Positions 8,922-17,591 of a DNA stretch of 64,000 nucleotides are shown piece after piece. The notes beneath the pieces were generated by a model. It worked only from the letters and a program-made list of their open reading frames with translations, had not been told where the DNA came from and made no database searches. Origin of the DNA: a virus (Duplodnaviria; Caudoviricetes); the IMG/VR virus record IMGVR_UViG_3300030376_008775, positions 58,739 to 122,738 of that record; one strand, 5' to 3'. Numbering within the stretch: the stretch's first letter is position 1; the number at the start of each line of letters is the position of its first letter. The translations under genes and the position numbers were made by a program.

Positions 8922-10667
8922 GTGAAGATATTTTATAGCGCTGTTTTTGATAATGAAGGAGTTAGTTCCGATACTTCAAAAGCTCGCGAGCTTGAAAAAT
9001 TAGGACATGATGTCCTATCTTATAATTATAGGGTCAGAGGTGACCAACTAAATGGAAACGCTTTTGTTTCTATCAAAAGAGATGAAGAGATAATATCACT
9101 CTGTAAAAATTGGCAGCCGGATTATATAGTATTTGCAAAATGTAATGGAGTTGATATTCGTGTGTTTCACGAGTGCAAAAAAATAGCTCCTGTTTGCTAT
9201 TGGTTTGCAGATCCATTGGTAACATATTCAAACAATGAATTTTATGAAAAAACAAAAGTAGCTGACATTTTTACGTGTGATAAAAAAAATGTTTTGGAAA
9301 AAGCTAAAACTTTAAATTCTAATTGTTACATAACTTGCGATGGATTTGATAGTATATTAGAAGAGCCAAAAGATGTGCAAAAAGAATATGATGTTACTTT
9401 TATAGGAAATCTCTATGGTGATAGATTAAAAAAAATATCATCTATAGAAAAAGAAGTAACAAATATAACCGATGCATACGGTGAAAAGCATGCTCTTGAG
9501 GTATCGAAAAGTAAAATTAATTTAAATTTTTGTACAAGTGACGGCCCATCAGACAGAGTTTTTAAAGTGTTGGCAGCCGGCGGCTTTCTTTTGACAGATA
9601 ATTGGTCGGATTTTGATGATTACTTTGAAGATGGTAGAGACTTAGTAGTTTATTCTGATTTAAATGATCTAAACAATAAGATTGATTATTTTTTAAAAAA
9701 CCCAAAAGAAAGAGAACGAATCTCTGTGCAAGGATATGAAACAGTTCAGAATTATACCAGAAAAAAATGGGCTGAAAAAACGTGTGAGATATTAAAAACA
9801 ATTCCATCTGATAGAAAACCACACAAGAAAAAGCAAACAATGTTGCTAGCTGGGCCTTGGATTGGAGAATTTGGCTGGGAGTTGTTTTGCTGGCACGGTT
9901 ACTTAAGAAGTATGTCTAAATTTTATGATCGTGTTGTGTGCATATCTTCTCCTCATTCAAAATTTTTATATGAGGATTTTTGTGACAAGTTTATAGATTT
10001 TCTACCTGATGGTGGAGATTATAAAGATTCGTACTATAAGGCTGGGTATGACCTAAACGGCACAGTTATAAACTCAATATTGAAAAAAAACAATATCAAT
10101 ATTGATGAATATAAAACATCATTATTTTTACCAAGAAGAATAGGTGATCCACCAAGAACTCATTTCTCTGAAAAGTTTCAATTTGGTCCTTATTACATTG
10201 GCCCTAAATACAAAAAACTTGGAAATCATAAAGAAAAATACAAAGATGTTATTTTGTTTCATGCGCGCTCTCGCGTCCTTAGAAATGATGATAATTGGCC
10301 AACAGACAATTGGAAAAAATTAGGATCTTTGCTTAAAGAAGATGGGTATGATTTATATTCTGTTGGTTTAAAGTCAGAAGCATTGCATATCGAAGGTACA
10401 GAAGACTTTAGGGAATGTGATCAACAAGAGTTATTAGACTTAATGAATTCTGCAAAATGCATTTTTGGAAATTCATCAGGAGCATTACATCTAGCTTCTC
10501 TATGTGAATGTCCACAAGTCATATGGTCAACTAATTACAATTTGGATAGATATACAAAAAACTGGAATCCTTTTTATACTAACGTAAAATTCTTATCTGA
10601 GATGGGATGGCACCCTAGTATAGAATACGTGTATGAAAGTTTTAAAAACTCAGAGGATATGATATGA
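8922..10667 (+). CDS. two-domain glycosyltransferase (CgeB/Glyco_trans_1_2-like plus GT9 heptosyltransferase-like)
   Basis: N-half: YDVTFIG, SKINLN, DRVFKVLAAGGFLLTD, YFLKNPKERERI. C-half: AGPWIGEFGWEL, NWPTDNW, FGNSSGALHLASLC. Confidence 0.7.
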   Translation: MKIFYSAVFDNEGVSSDTSKARELEKLGHDVLSYNYRVRGDQLNGNAFVSIKRDEEIISLCKNWQPDYIVFAKCNGVDIRVFHECKKIAPVCYWFADPLVTYSNNEFYEKTKVADIFTCDKKNVLEKAKTLNSNCYITCDGFDSILEEPKDVQKEYDVTFIGNLYGDRLKKISSIEKEVTNITDAYGEKHALEVSKSKINLNFCTSDGPSDRVFKVLAAGGFLLTDNWSDFDDYFEDGRDLVVYSDLNDLNNKIDYFLKNPKERERISVQGYETVQNYTRKKWAEKTCEILKTIPSDRKPHKKKQTMLLAGPWIGEFGWELFCWHGYLRSMSKFYDRVVCISSPHSKFLYEDFCDKFIDFLPDGGDYKDSYYKAGYDLNGTVINSILKKNNINIDEYKTSLFLPRRIGDPPRTHFSEKFQFGPYYIGPKYKKLGNHKEKYKDVILFHARSRVLRNDDNWPTDNWKKLGSLLKEDGYDLYSVGLKSEALHIEGTEDFRECDQQELLDLMNSAKCIFGNSSGALHLASLCECPQVIWSTNYNLDRYTKNWNPFYTNVKFLSEMGWHPSIEYVYESFKNSEDMI

Positions 10668-12157
10668 AATCAATATGTTTAATAACCCCTCCTTCGCCCT
10701 TTTTGCTAGATGAAAGAGTCTTTATGCATATTGGCATATTAAAAGTTGCGTCTTCTTTAGAACAACAAGGATATAAGGTAGAATTTTTAGACCTAAGTGG
10801 GATTGAAAATTTTTTAGATGTAGTTAAAGACTACTGTGATAAAAGTAATGTTAAAACTTTTGGTTTGACTGCCTCAACGCCTCAAGTTCCTTTTGCTGTA
10901 CAGATTGCAAGCGTAATCAAAAACGTTGATTCTTCTAATCGATTAATTCTTGGAGGCCCACATGTTACGTTAATGAATACAGCTAGCAAGAGAGAGAAAA
11001 GAAAAGGTCTAGAAAAATCTGATCGCGCAACTAGAGATGTTGAAAATCTAAAAAATATATTTGATATTCTTGTTTGCGGCGATGGGGAATATGCAATTTT
11101 TGATGCACTTAAATTAGAAAAAGGAATTGTCGATGCTGATGATAGAAAAAGCAATTTGTTTTTAAATAATGAACAATTTTCAAAACTTCCTCTTCCTGCT
11201 AGGCATCTATTAGACGTTGACTCTTATAAATATACAATAGAAGGCAGAAGATCGGTAAGTTTAATCGCACAACTTGGTTGTCCTTTCCAGTGCACTTTTT
11301 GTAGCGGTAGAAATTCTCCGTTTTTAAGAAAAATTAGACAAAGAGATAGTGACTCGATTGTAGAAGAGATGAGACATCTTTATCACCAGTATGGTTTTAC
11401 GGGTTTCATGTTTTATGATGATGAACTAAATGTTAACAAAAGTTTAATTCAACTTCTAAATAAAATTACAGATTTACAATCGGAGGTAGGAGAAGAGTTT
11501 CGGCTTCGTGGATTTGTAAAAGCAGAATTGTTTAATGAGCAGCAGGCAGAAGCTATGTATAGGGCCGGCTTTAGATGGCTTTTAACAGGTTTTGAGTCTG
11601 GCGATGAACGAGTGCTTAAAAACATCAAGAAGATGGCTACAAGGGACGATAACACGCGCGCTGTGGAGATAGCAAAAAAACATAATTTAAAAGTTAAAGC
11701 TTTGATGTCTATTGGCCATGCAGGAGAAAGTCATAAATCTATTGAAAATACAAAGAATTGGCTTCTAGAGGTGGAACCAGAAGAATTTGATTGTACAATT
11801 ATTACAACATATCCTGGCTCACCTTATTTTGATGATGCTGTAAAAGAAAATAATTATTATACCTATACATCTAAAGTAACTGGTGATAAACTATACCAGT
11901 CGACAATTGATTATTTGTCAGAATTAGATTATTATAAGGGTGATCCAAATGGTGGATACATATCTTATGTATGGACTGATCATATTTCAGCAGTTGATTT
12001 AGTAAAAGAAAGAGATAAACTAGAAAATGAAGTTAGAAGTAAACTAGAAATTCCCTTTTATGATGCACGTCCAGCTGCAAAGTACGAACATTCAATGGGT
12101 ATGGGAAATATTGAAATACCGGAATATATTTTAAGAAAAACAAAAAATAAAAAATAA
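10664..12157 (+). CDS. cobalamin-binding radical SAM enzyme (class B methyltransferase-like)
   Basis: N-terminal B12-binding region (LILGGPHVT, GDGE), CPFQCTFC, FYDDELN, GFESG, YPGSP. Confidence 0.85.
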   Translation: MKSICLITPPSPFLLDERVFMHIGILKVASSLEQQGYKVEFLDLSGIENFLDVVKDYCDKSNVKTFGLTASTPQVPFAVQIASVIKNVDSSNRLILGGPHVTLMNTASKREKRKGLEKSDRATRDVENLKNIFDILVCGDGEYAIFDALKLEKGIVDADDRKSNLFLNNEQFSKLPLPARHLLDVDSYKYTIEGRRSVSLIAQLGCPFQCTFCSGRNSPFLRKIRQRDSDSIVEEMRHLYHQYGFTGFMFYDDELNVNKSLIQLLNKITDLQSEVGEEFRLRGFVKAELFNEQQAEAMYRAGFRWLLTGFESGDERVLKNIKKMATRDDNTRAVEIAKKHNLKVKALMSIGHAGESHKSIENTKNWLLEVEPEEFDCTIITTYPGSPYFDDAVKENNYYTYTSKVTGDKLYQSTIDYLSELDYYKGDPNGGYISYVWTDHISAVDLVKERDKLENEVRSKLEIPFYDARPAAKYEHSMGMGNIEIPEYILRKTKNKK

Positions 12158-12216
12158 ATTCAAGGTAATTCATTTAGCCATAGGTAGTGTTCTAAAAAGG
12201 CAAATATAGGAAAATA

Positions 12217-12630
12217 ATGAAGTATTATTCAAAAGTAAAAAAGGGCTTGTTATTGCATATCATTAACAGATTAGACGATATTCAAGAAAGGCTAGACATT
12301 GTTCCTTCGAATAATTTTATTCAATGTGCTACGTTAAGAATGAAAGAAGGAAAAACCTTTAAACCTCATAAACACATTAAAAAAGAAAGAGTATACAAAG
12401 AACAAATTGCTCAAGAATCTTGGATTGTTATCAAAGGTAGTGTTAAATGTATATTTTATGATATTGACGATACTGTATTGGCCACTGCGGTATTAGAAGA
12501 AGGCGACGCTAGTTTTACTTTAGAGGGTGGCCACACCTATGAAATTTTAGAAGATAACACAATCGTCTATGAGTACAAGACTGGGCCCTATGAAGGACAA
12601 CATTTAGATAAAAGGTTTTTAGATGAGTAA
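12217..12630 (+). CDS. WbuC-like cupin
   Basis: FKPHKH, QESWIVIKG, GGHTYEILED, YEYKTGPY. Confidence 0.7.
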   Translation: MKYYSKVKKGLLLHIINRLDDIQERLDIVPSNNFIQCATLRMKEGKTFKPHKHIKKERVYKEQIAQESWIVIKGSVKCIFYDIDDTVLATAVLEEGDASFTLEGGHTYEILEDNTIVYEYKTGPYEGQHLDKRFLDE

Positions 12631-13372
12631 TGATAAATTAGAAAATTTTGGAGTCTATATATGGACAAGCAATCAGTTGATGCATTGCATACCAGCGTGG
12701 TGCTATCTGTTTAATAAATTTTGGCCTTACGAACAGAAAGTAAAAGTTCTAGGCTATAATCTTCCAAACTTTGAAATGCCATCAAATTTTGAATATGTAT
12801 CTTTAGGAACGCAAAGAGGACCAAAATATTGGTCCGATGACATGCTTGAATATTTTAAAGACTGTGAACATGATTGTTTTTATTTAACGACTGAGGATGG
12901 GTTTATAGTAGAGCCAGTAAATAAAGATATTCTAAGTCTTGCAATTAAAACAGCATTAGTTAATCCAAATGATCGATTTTTAAGATTTAATTTAACTTGT
13001 GATGTGCAAAGCCGCGCCCATCAAATTTTAAAACAGTATGAGGGCTACAGCTTGATAAAATCAGCACAGTTTACTTATTATCGACAATCTTTAAACCATT
13101 CAATCTGGAGAAAAGAGTCTTTAGTTAATAAGTTGATACCGGGTCAATCTCCGTGGGACTTTGAATTAGATAACCAGAGAGCGATGTTTGATAATTTAGA
13201 TGTATACGCTACAAAAGATAAATTTGCTATTTCTTGTGGCCATGGCTATAAGAAAGGAAAAAAACTTGCAAAATGGTATGAATGTACCCATCCTCATATA
13301 ACAGGTAAGCAAGGTTTGTCGCGGGAAGATATAAATTACATAGAGGGAAAAGGATGGATGCCAGAGATTTAA
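12623..13372 (+). CDS. hypothetical protein, possible GT-A glycosyltransferase
   Basis: WSDD, TEDGFI, SIWRKE, PWDFE pattern; lies inside the glycan cluster. Confidence 0.4.
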   Translation: MSNDKLENFGVYIWTSNQLMHCIPAWCYLFNKFWPYEQKVKVLGYNLPNFEMPSNFEYVSLGTQRGPKYWSDDMLEYFKDCEHDCFYLTTEDGFIVEPVNKDILSLAIKTALVNPNDRFLRFNLTCDVQSRAHQILKQYEGYSLIKSAQFTYYRQSLNHSIWRKESLVNKLIPGQSPWDFELDNQRAMFDNLDVYATKDKFAISCGHGYKKGKKLAKWYECTHPHITGKQGLSREDINYIEGKGWMPEI

Positions 13373-13388
13373 ATTTTGGAGACACACA

Positions 13389-14339
13389 ATGTATTTTAAA
13401 AAAGTTGCGATAAAAGGCACAGGTACTGCGCTACCAAAAAAGATATATACTAATAAAGAAATAGAAGAAAGCGCTCCCACGACAGAAATTTGGATTCAAG
13501 AAAAATTAGGAATATTTGAGAGAAGACAAGCAGTAAGCGAAACAGTGTCTAGTTTAGGTACCGAGGCAGCAAAAAATGCAATATTGGATGCTGGAATTGA
13601 AAAAAAAGACATTGATCTTATAATTGTAGCAACGTCTAGCCCGGAAAAGATATCTCCGGCGACGGCATGTACTATTCATAAGAATTTAAATTTAGATAAT
13701 ACACCAGCGTTTGATGTAAATGCAGTTTGTGCTGGCTTTGTTTTTGCTCTAACAATCGCTGCACCATTTATAAGTAATGGAATCTATAAAAATGTTTTAA
13801 TTATAGCCTCTGAAGTTTATTCAAAAATTACTGATTGGAATAACAAGAATAGTGTATTTTTTGGTGACGGTGCCGGCGCAATTATTTTAGGGCCATCAGC
13901 AGAAAGTGATATGTTTGCCAATATAACGAGCAATGGTGGAGGAACAGGTTCAACAGGATTTTTTTGTAACCTCAATGAGAGCTATAGTACTCGACCTAAA
14001 GAAGTCTGGCAACAGGCTGTAAAAGTTCTTCCGGACTCAATTAATGAAGTCTTGACAGAATCTAAATTAAGCGTAGAAGAAATTGATATGTTTGTACCTC
14101 ACCAAGCTAGTCTCAATATGCTAAAATTAATAGCGAAAAAAATTGGAATAAAAGAAAAAAATATCTCAACAGTTATGGATAAATATGCTAATATAGCAGG
14201 TGCATCAATTCCAATTGCATTAGACGATGCTATAAAAAAATCAAAAATTAAAAATAAAGATACACTACTATTGAGCGCAATTGGTTCTGGCTGGTCCTGG
14301 GGATCAGTAGTTGTCAACTATGAAAAATATGAAGTTTAA
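13389..14339 (+). CDS. fabH: 3-oxoacyl-ACP synthase III (KAS III) family
   Basis: Catalytic triad in DVNAVCAGF (Cys), FVPHQAS (His) and YANIAGASIP (Asn); FGDGAGA; GSGWSWG. Confidence 0.9.
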   Translation: MYFKKVAIKGTGTALPKKIYTNKEIEESAPTTEIWIQEKLGIFERRQAVSETVSSLGTEAAKNAILDAGIEKKDIDLIIVATSSPEKISPATACTIHKNLNLDNTPAFDVNAVCAGFVFALTIAAPFISNGIYKNVLIIASEVYSKITDWNNKNSVFFGDGAGAIILGPSAESDMFANITSNGGGTGSTGFFCNLNESYSTRPKEVWQQAVKVLPDSINEVLTESKLSVEEIDMFVPHQASLNMLKLIAKKIGIKEKNISTVMDKYANIAGASIPIALDDAIKKSKIKNKDTLLLSAIGSGWSWGSVVVNYEKYEV

Positions 14340-14850
14340 GGAAATAGGAATCGATGTTAGAATAAGTGACTTAGCACATATAGCTAGACCTGAGTTGGTA
14401 TCGATTGGAAGTCATATCGCAATTGATATGTGGACCTACATTTCTACACAATTAATACTCGGAGATTATATTCATATAGCTCCAAGCGTATCCATTATTG
14501 GCGGTGCACCCGCACTTCTAAAAATGGGTAATTTTACTAATATCGGATCAGGTGGCCGCATTGTGTGCGCGACTGATGATTTTAGTCAAGGGTTAATCTC
14601 ACCAGTAGTGCCTATAGAACATAGAACAGTTATTAACAAGCCAATAATATTTGAAGATTTTTCTACGCTAGGTGTTAATTGCTCTGTTCTTCCCGGTGTT
14701 ACTTTAGGAGAAGGATGCATCATCGGCGCTAATTCTGTTGTGATAAAGGATACAGAACCATGGATGATTTATGCAGGCGCCCCCGCTCGTCCCATAAAAA
14801 AACGTGAAAAAGAAAGAATTTTGCAAAGTGCAGCAGAATTAGGATATTAA
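14311..14850 (+). CDS. hexapeptide-repeat (left-handed beta-helix) acyltransferase
   Basis: LGVNCSVLPGVTLGEGCIIGANSVV, YAGAPARPIK. The true start may be a slightly downstream ATG. Confidence 0.85.
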   Translation: MSTMKNMKFKEIGIDVRISDLAHIARPELVSIGSHIAIDMWTYISTQLILGDYIHIAPSVSIIGGAPALLKMGNFTNIGSGGRIVCATDDFSQGLISPVVPIEHRTVINKPIIFEDFSTLGVNCSVLPGVTLGEGCIIGANSVVIKDTEPWMIYAGAPARPIKKREKERILQSAAELGY

Positions 14851-14851
14851 G

Positions 14852-15787
14852 ATGAAAAACTATTTAGAAGATAAGTCAGCTTTAACTATTCCTTGGGTCG
14901 AATCACCATTTTTTTATAGTTTGCTTGAAAATTCCAAATATACGGAAGAGCAAAAGTCTCTGTGTATTAAGTATCATGAAGATGGATATGTTATTATAGA
15001 TTTAAACCTGACAGAAGAGGAAATACAAGAAGTTGTTGATGATATGTACGCATCTCTTGAAAGAGAGACAACTGTTTATCATGCGGATCATTTTCAATAC
15101 ACAGAGAGTAGGCGAATATTTGAACTTTGGAAGCAAAGCAATGCATCTGCAAACTTATGTTTAAATAAAAAAGTCCTGGATACATTGGAATTGTTATATG
15201 GCAGAGAGCCATATCCATTTTCAACGATTAATTTTTTCAAAGGCAGTAATCAGCCGTTACACAGCGATATAATACATTTTCATAGCAGTCCGCCACTTTG
15301 GATGGCTGGCGTATGGGTGGCTTTCGAAGATGTGGACGAAACTAATGGATCATTAAAAATTATTCCTGGAAGTCATAAATGGGGGTTATGGGAATATGAC
15401 GAATTAGGTCTTCCACATCCGGATGATATCGAAAACGGTGAAGAAGTTAATTATAGAGAATATGAACACTTTTTAGTCGAGTTAATTAAAGAGAAGAAAG
15501 CAGAATCATATATAGCAAAATTAAAAAAAGGCCAAGCCTTGATATGGTCAGCTAATATATTACACGGAGGATGTAATGTAGAAGGAATCACCAATTTAGA
15601 AAAAACAAGACTTACACAAGCACAACATTATTTTTTCAAGGGTTGTAATCAATATTATCATCCAATGTTCACAAAAAAATATGAAGGAAAGTATGCTTCT
15701 AAATGGTGCGATGATAATAATAATATACGGACATATTTAGAAAGCGGCTCGGTTAAAATATTTGATAAAGTACTGGAAATAAAATAA
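14852..15787 (+). CDS. phytanoyl-CoA dioxygenase (PhyH)-family Fe/2-oxoglutarate dioxygenase
   Basis: QPLHSD (HxD), WVAFED..NGSL.IIPGSH, ILHGG. Confidence 0.85.
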   Translation: MKNYLEDKSALTIPWVESPFFYSLLENSKYTEEQKSLCIKYHEDGYVIIDLNLTEEEIQEVVDDMYASLERETTVYHADHFQYTESRRIFELWKQSNASANLCLNKKVLDTLELLYGREPYPFSTINFFKGSNQPLHSDIIHFHSSPPLWMAGVWVAFEDVDETNGSLKIIPGSHKWGLWEYDELGLPHPDDIENGEEVNYREYEHFLVELIKEKKAESYIAKLKKGQALIWSANILHGGCNVEGITNLEKTRLTQAQHYFFKGCNQYYHPMFTKKYEGKYASKWCDDNNNIRTYLESGSVKIFDKVLEIK

Positions 15788-15814
15788 AAATATTTGAAAA
15801 ATGTACTAGAAATA
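15755..15814. repeat. imperfect direct tandem repeat (about 27 bp x2) across the dioxygenase stop codon
   Basis: AAAATATTTGATAAAGTACTGGAAATA (15755-15781) versus AAAATATTTGAAAAATGTACTAGAAATA (15787-15814). Confidence 0.55.
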
Positions 15815-15850
15815 TATTTAAGTGTATTAAATTGACGCAAGAGAAAAAAT

Positions 15851-16441
15851 ATGAGTTTTGATATAATTAAAAATTTTGAAAATGAAATAGCTAATTTTTT
15901 TGGCGCCCCCAATGCTGTAGCTGTTGATTGTTGTACACATGGACTAGAACTTTGTTTGAGATACAAAAAAATAAAACATTTTTCGGTACCTAGAAGAACT
16001 TATATTTCTGTACCTTTTTTGGCTCAAAAATTAAACATCGAATTTGATTGGAAAGATGAAGATTGGCAAGATTATTATTATCTAGGTGGTACCAATATTA
16101 TTGACGCTGCGGTTTTATGGGAGCAGAATAGCTATATTTCTGGTACCTTGATGTGTGTTAGTTTTCAATTTCGTAAACATTTAAGTCTAGGAAGAGGGGG
16201 AATAATTTTATTAGATAATAAAAACATTGCTTTGGACTTAAAAAAAATGTCATATGATGGTAGAATACCTGATATACCTTGGCGTGAACAAAATATAAAC
16301 TCTGTTGGTTATCATTATTACATGACTCCGGAAACTGCAGAGAAAGGCCTTTTAAAGCTTCCGGAAGCTGTGGCTTCAGCGCCTAAAAAATGGACTGTAA
16401 GTGATTGGCCAGACTTAACAAAAATGGATATTTTTAAATGA
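15851..16441 (+). CDS. short DegT/DnrJ/EryC1/StrS PLP sugar aminotransferase
   Basis: FENEIANFFG..AVAVDCCTHGL, IIDAA, SFQFRKHLSLGRGG (PLP Lys), GYHYYMT; only 196 aa. Confidence 0.75.
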   Translation: MSFDIIKNFENEIANFFGAPNAVAVDCCTHGLELCLRYKKIKHFSVPRRTYISVPFLAQKLNIEFDWKDEDWQDYYYLGGTNIIDAAVLWEQNSYISGTLMCVSFQFRKHLSLGRGGIILLDNKNIALDLKKMSYDGRIPDIPWREQNINSVGYHYYMTPETAEKGLLKLPEAVASAPKKWTVSDWPDLTKMDIFK

Positions 16442-17406
16442 AAGCACTAATAACTGGAATTAATGGACAAGATGGAAGTTACCTATCTGAATATTTATTA
16501 TCTTTAGGATATGAAGTACATGGGATTGTAAGAAGACATTCTGTAGCAGAAAATCAAAATCATCGACTTTATAAAATTGGCATTCATAATCAAATACAAA
16601 CTCATTATGGTGATTTAACTGATTATCCTTCATTGATTAGGGTGATTAGCGAGGTTATGCCAGACGAAATTTATAATCTAGGAGCAATGAGTCACGTTAG
16701 AATTAGCTTTGATATGCCTTCGTTTACAATACAAACGAACGCATTGGGCGTTTTAAACATGCTTGAGGTATATAGAACAGTTTGCCCACAGGCAAAATTT
16801 TATCAAGCTAGCTCATCTGAAATGTTTGGTAACTCTGTTGATGATGATGGAGTGCAACGTTTAACAACTCCTATGAATCCTGTTAGTCCATATGGGTGCG
16901 CAAAGGTTATGGGATATAATCTAGTAAGACACTATCGGCATGCCTATAAGTTACACGCATGTAACGGCATCTTGTTTAATCATGAGTCTCCTCGACGAGG
17001 CGCAAATTTTGTTACAAATAAAGTTGTCAAGGGCGCCGTCTCAATCAAAAAAGGATTACAAGATAAACTTGAACTAGGCAATATGGATTCTTATCGCGAT
17101 TGGGGGCATTCTAAAGATTATGTTAGAGCAATGCACGCAATTATAAACCACCACGAAGCAGACGAATTTATTGTTGCTACCGAAAAAACACACTCTGTGA
17201 GAGAATTGTGTGAGATTGTGTTTAGCAAACTGGATATGGATTATAAAGACTACATAATACAAAATCCAAAATTTATGCGCCCGGAAGAATTAAAGTATCT
17301 GAAAGGTGATTCTTCAAAGTCTAGAGAAGTTTTAGGCTGGGAGCCAGAATACACTTTTGAGACCATGCTTGATGAGATGATTGAAAGATGGATGAAAGAA
17401 ATTTAA
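16438..17406 (+). CDS. gmd: GDP-mannose 4,6-dehydratase
   Basis: ALITGINGQDGSYL, YNLGAMSHV, FYQASSSEMFG, SPYGCAK, GILFNHESPRRG..FVT, LGNMDSYRDWGH. Confidence 0.95.
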   Translation: MKALITGINGQDGSYLSEYLLSLGYEVHGIVRRHSVAENQNHRLYKIGIHNQIQTHYGDLTDYPSLIRVISEVMPDEIYNLGAMSHVRISFDMPSFTIQTNALGVLNMLEVYRTVCPQAKFYQASSSEMFGNSVDDDGVQRLTTPMNPVSPYGCAKVMGYNLVRHYRHAYKLHACNGILFNHESPRRGANFVTNKVVKGAVSIKKGLQDKLELGNMDSYRDWGHSKDYVRAMHAIINHHEADEFIVATEKTHSVRELCEIVFSKLDMDYKDYIIQNPKFMRPEELKYLKGDSSKSREVLGWEPEYTFETMLDEMIERWMKEI

Positions 17407-17591
17407 ATTTTGAGATTGGAGATTTAGTAGAATGGACAGAACTAATTGGCGACGGCCTTTTAGTTAAAGATCGTGGACTAGGAATTGTAGTTAAAAAAGT
17501 TGGTAACTTTTACAAAGTTCATCGAGCAATTAAACAAGATATTATAAACTTCAACATAAATGAGATAAAAAAAATTAATGAAAATGTATAA
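17388..17591 (+). CDS. small hypothetical protein (SH3/KOW-like)
   Basis: FEIGDLV..GLGIVV; overlaps both neighbouring genes. Confidence 0.5.
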   Translation: MDERNLNFEIGDLVEWTELIGDGLLVKDRGLGIVVKKVGNFYKVHRAIKQDIINFNINEIKKINENV

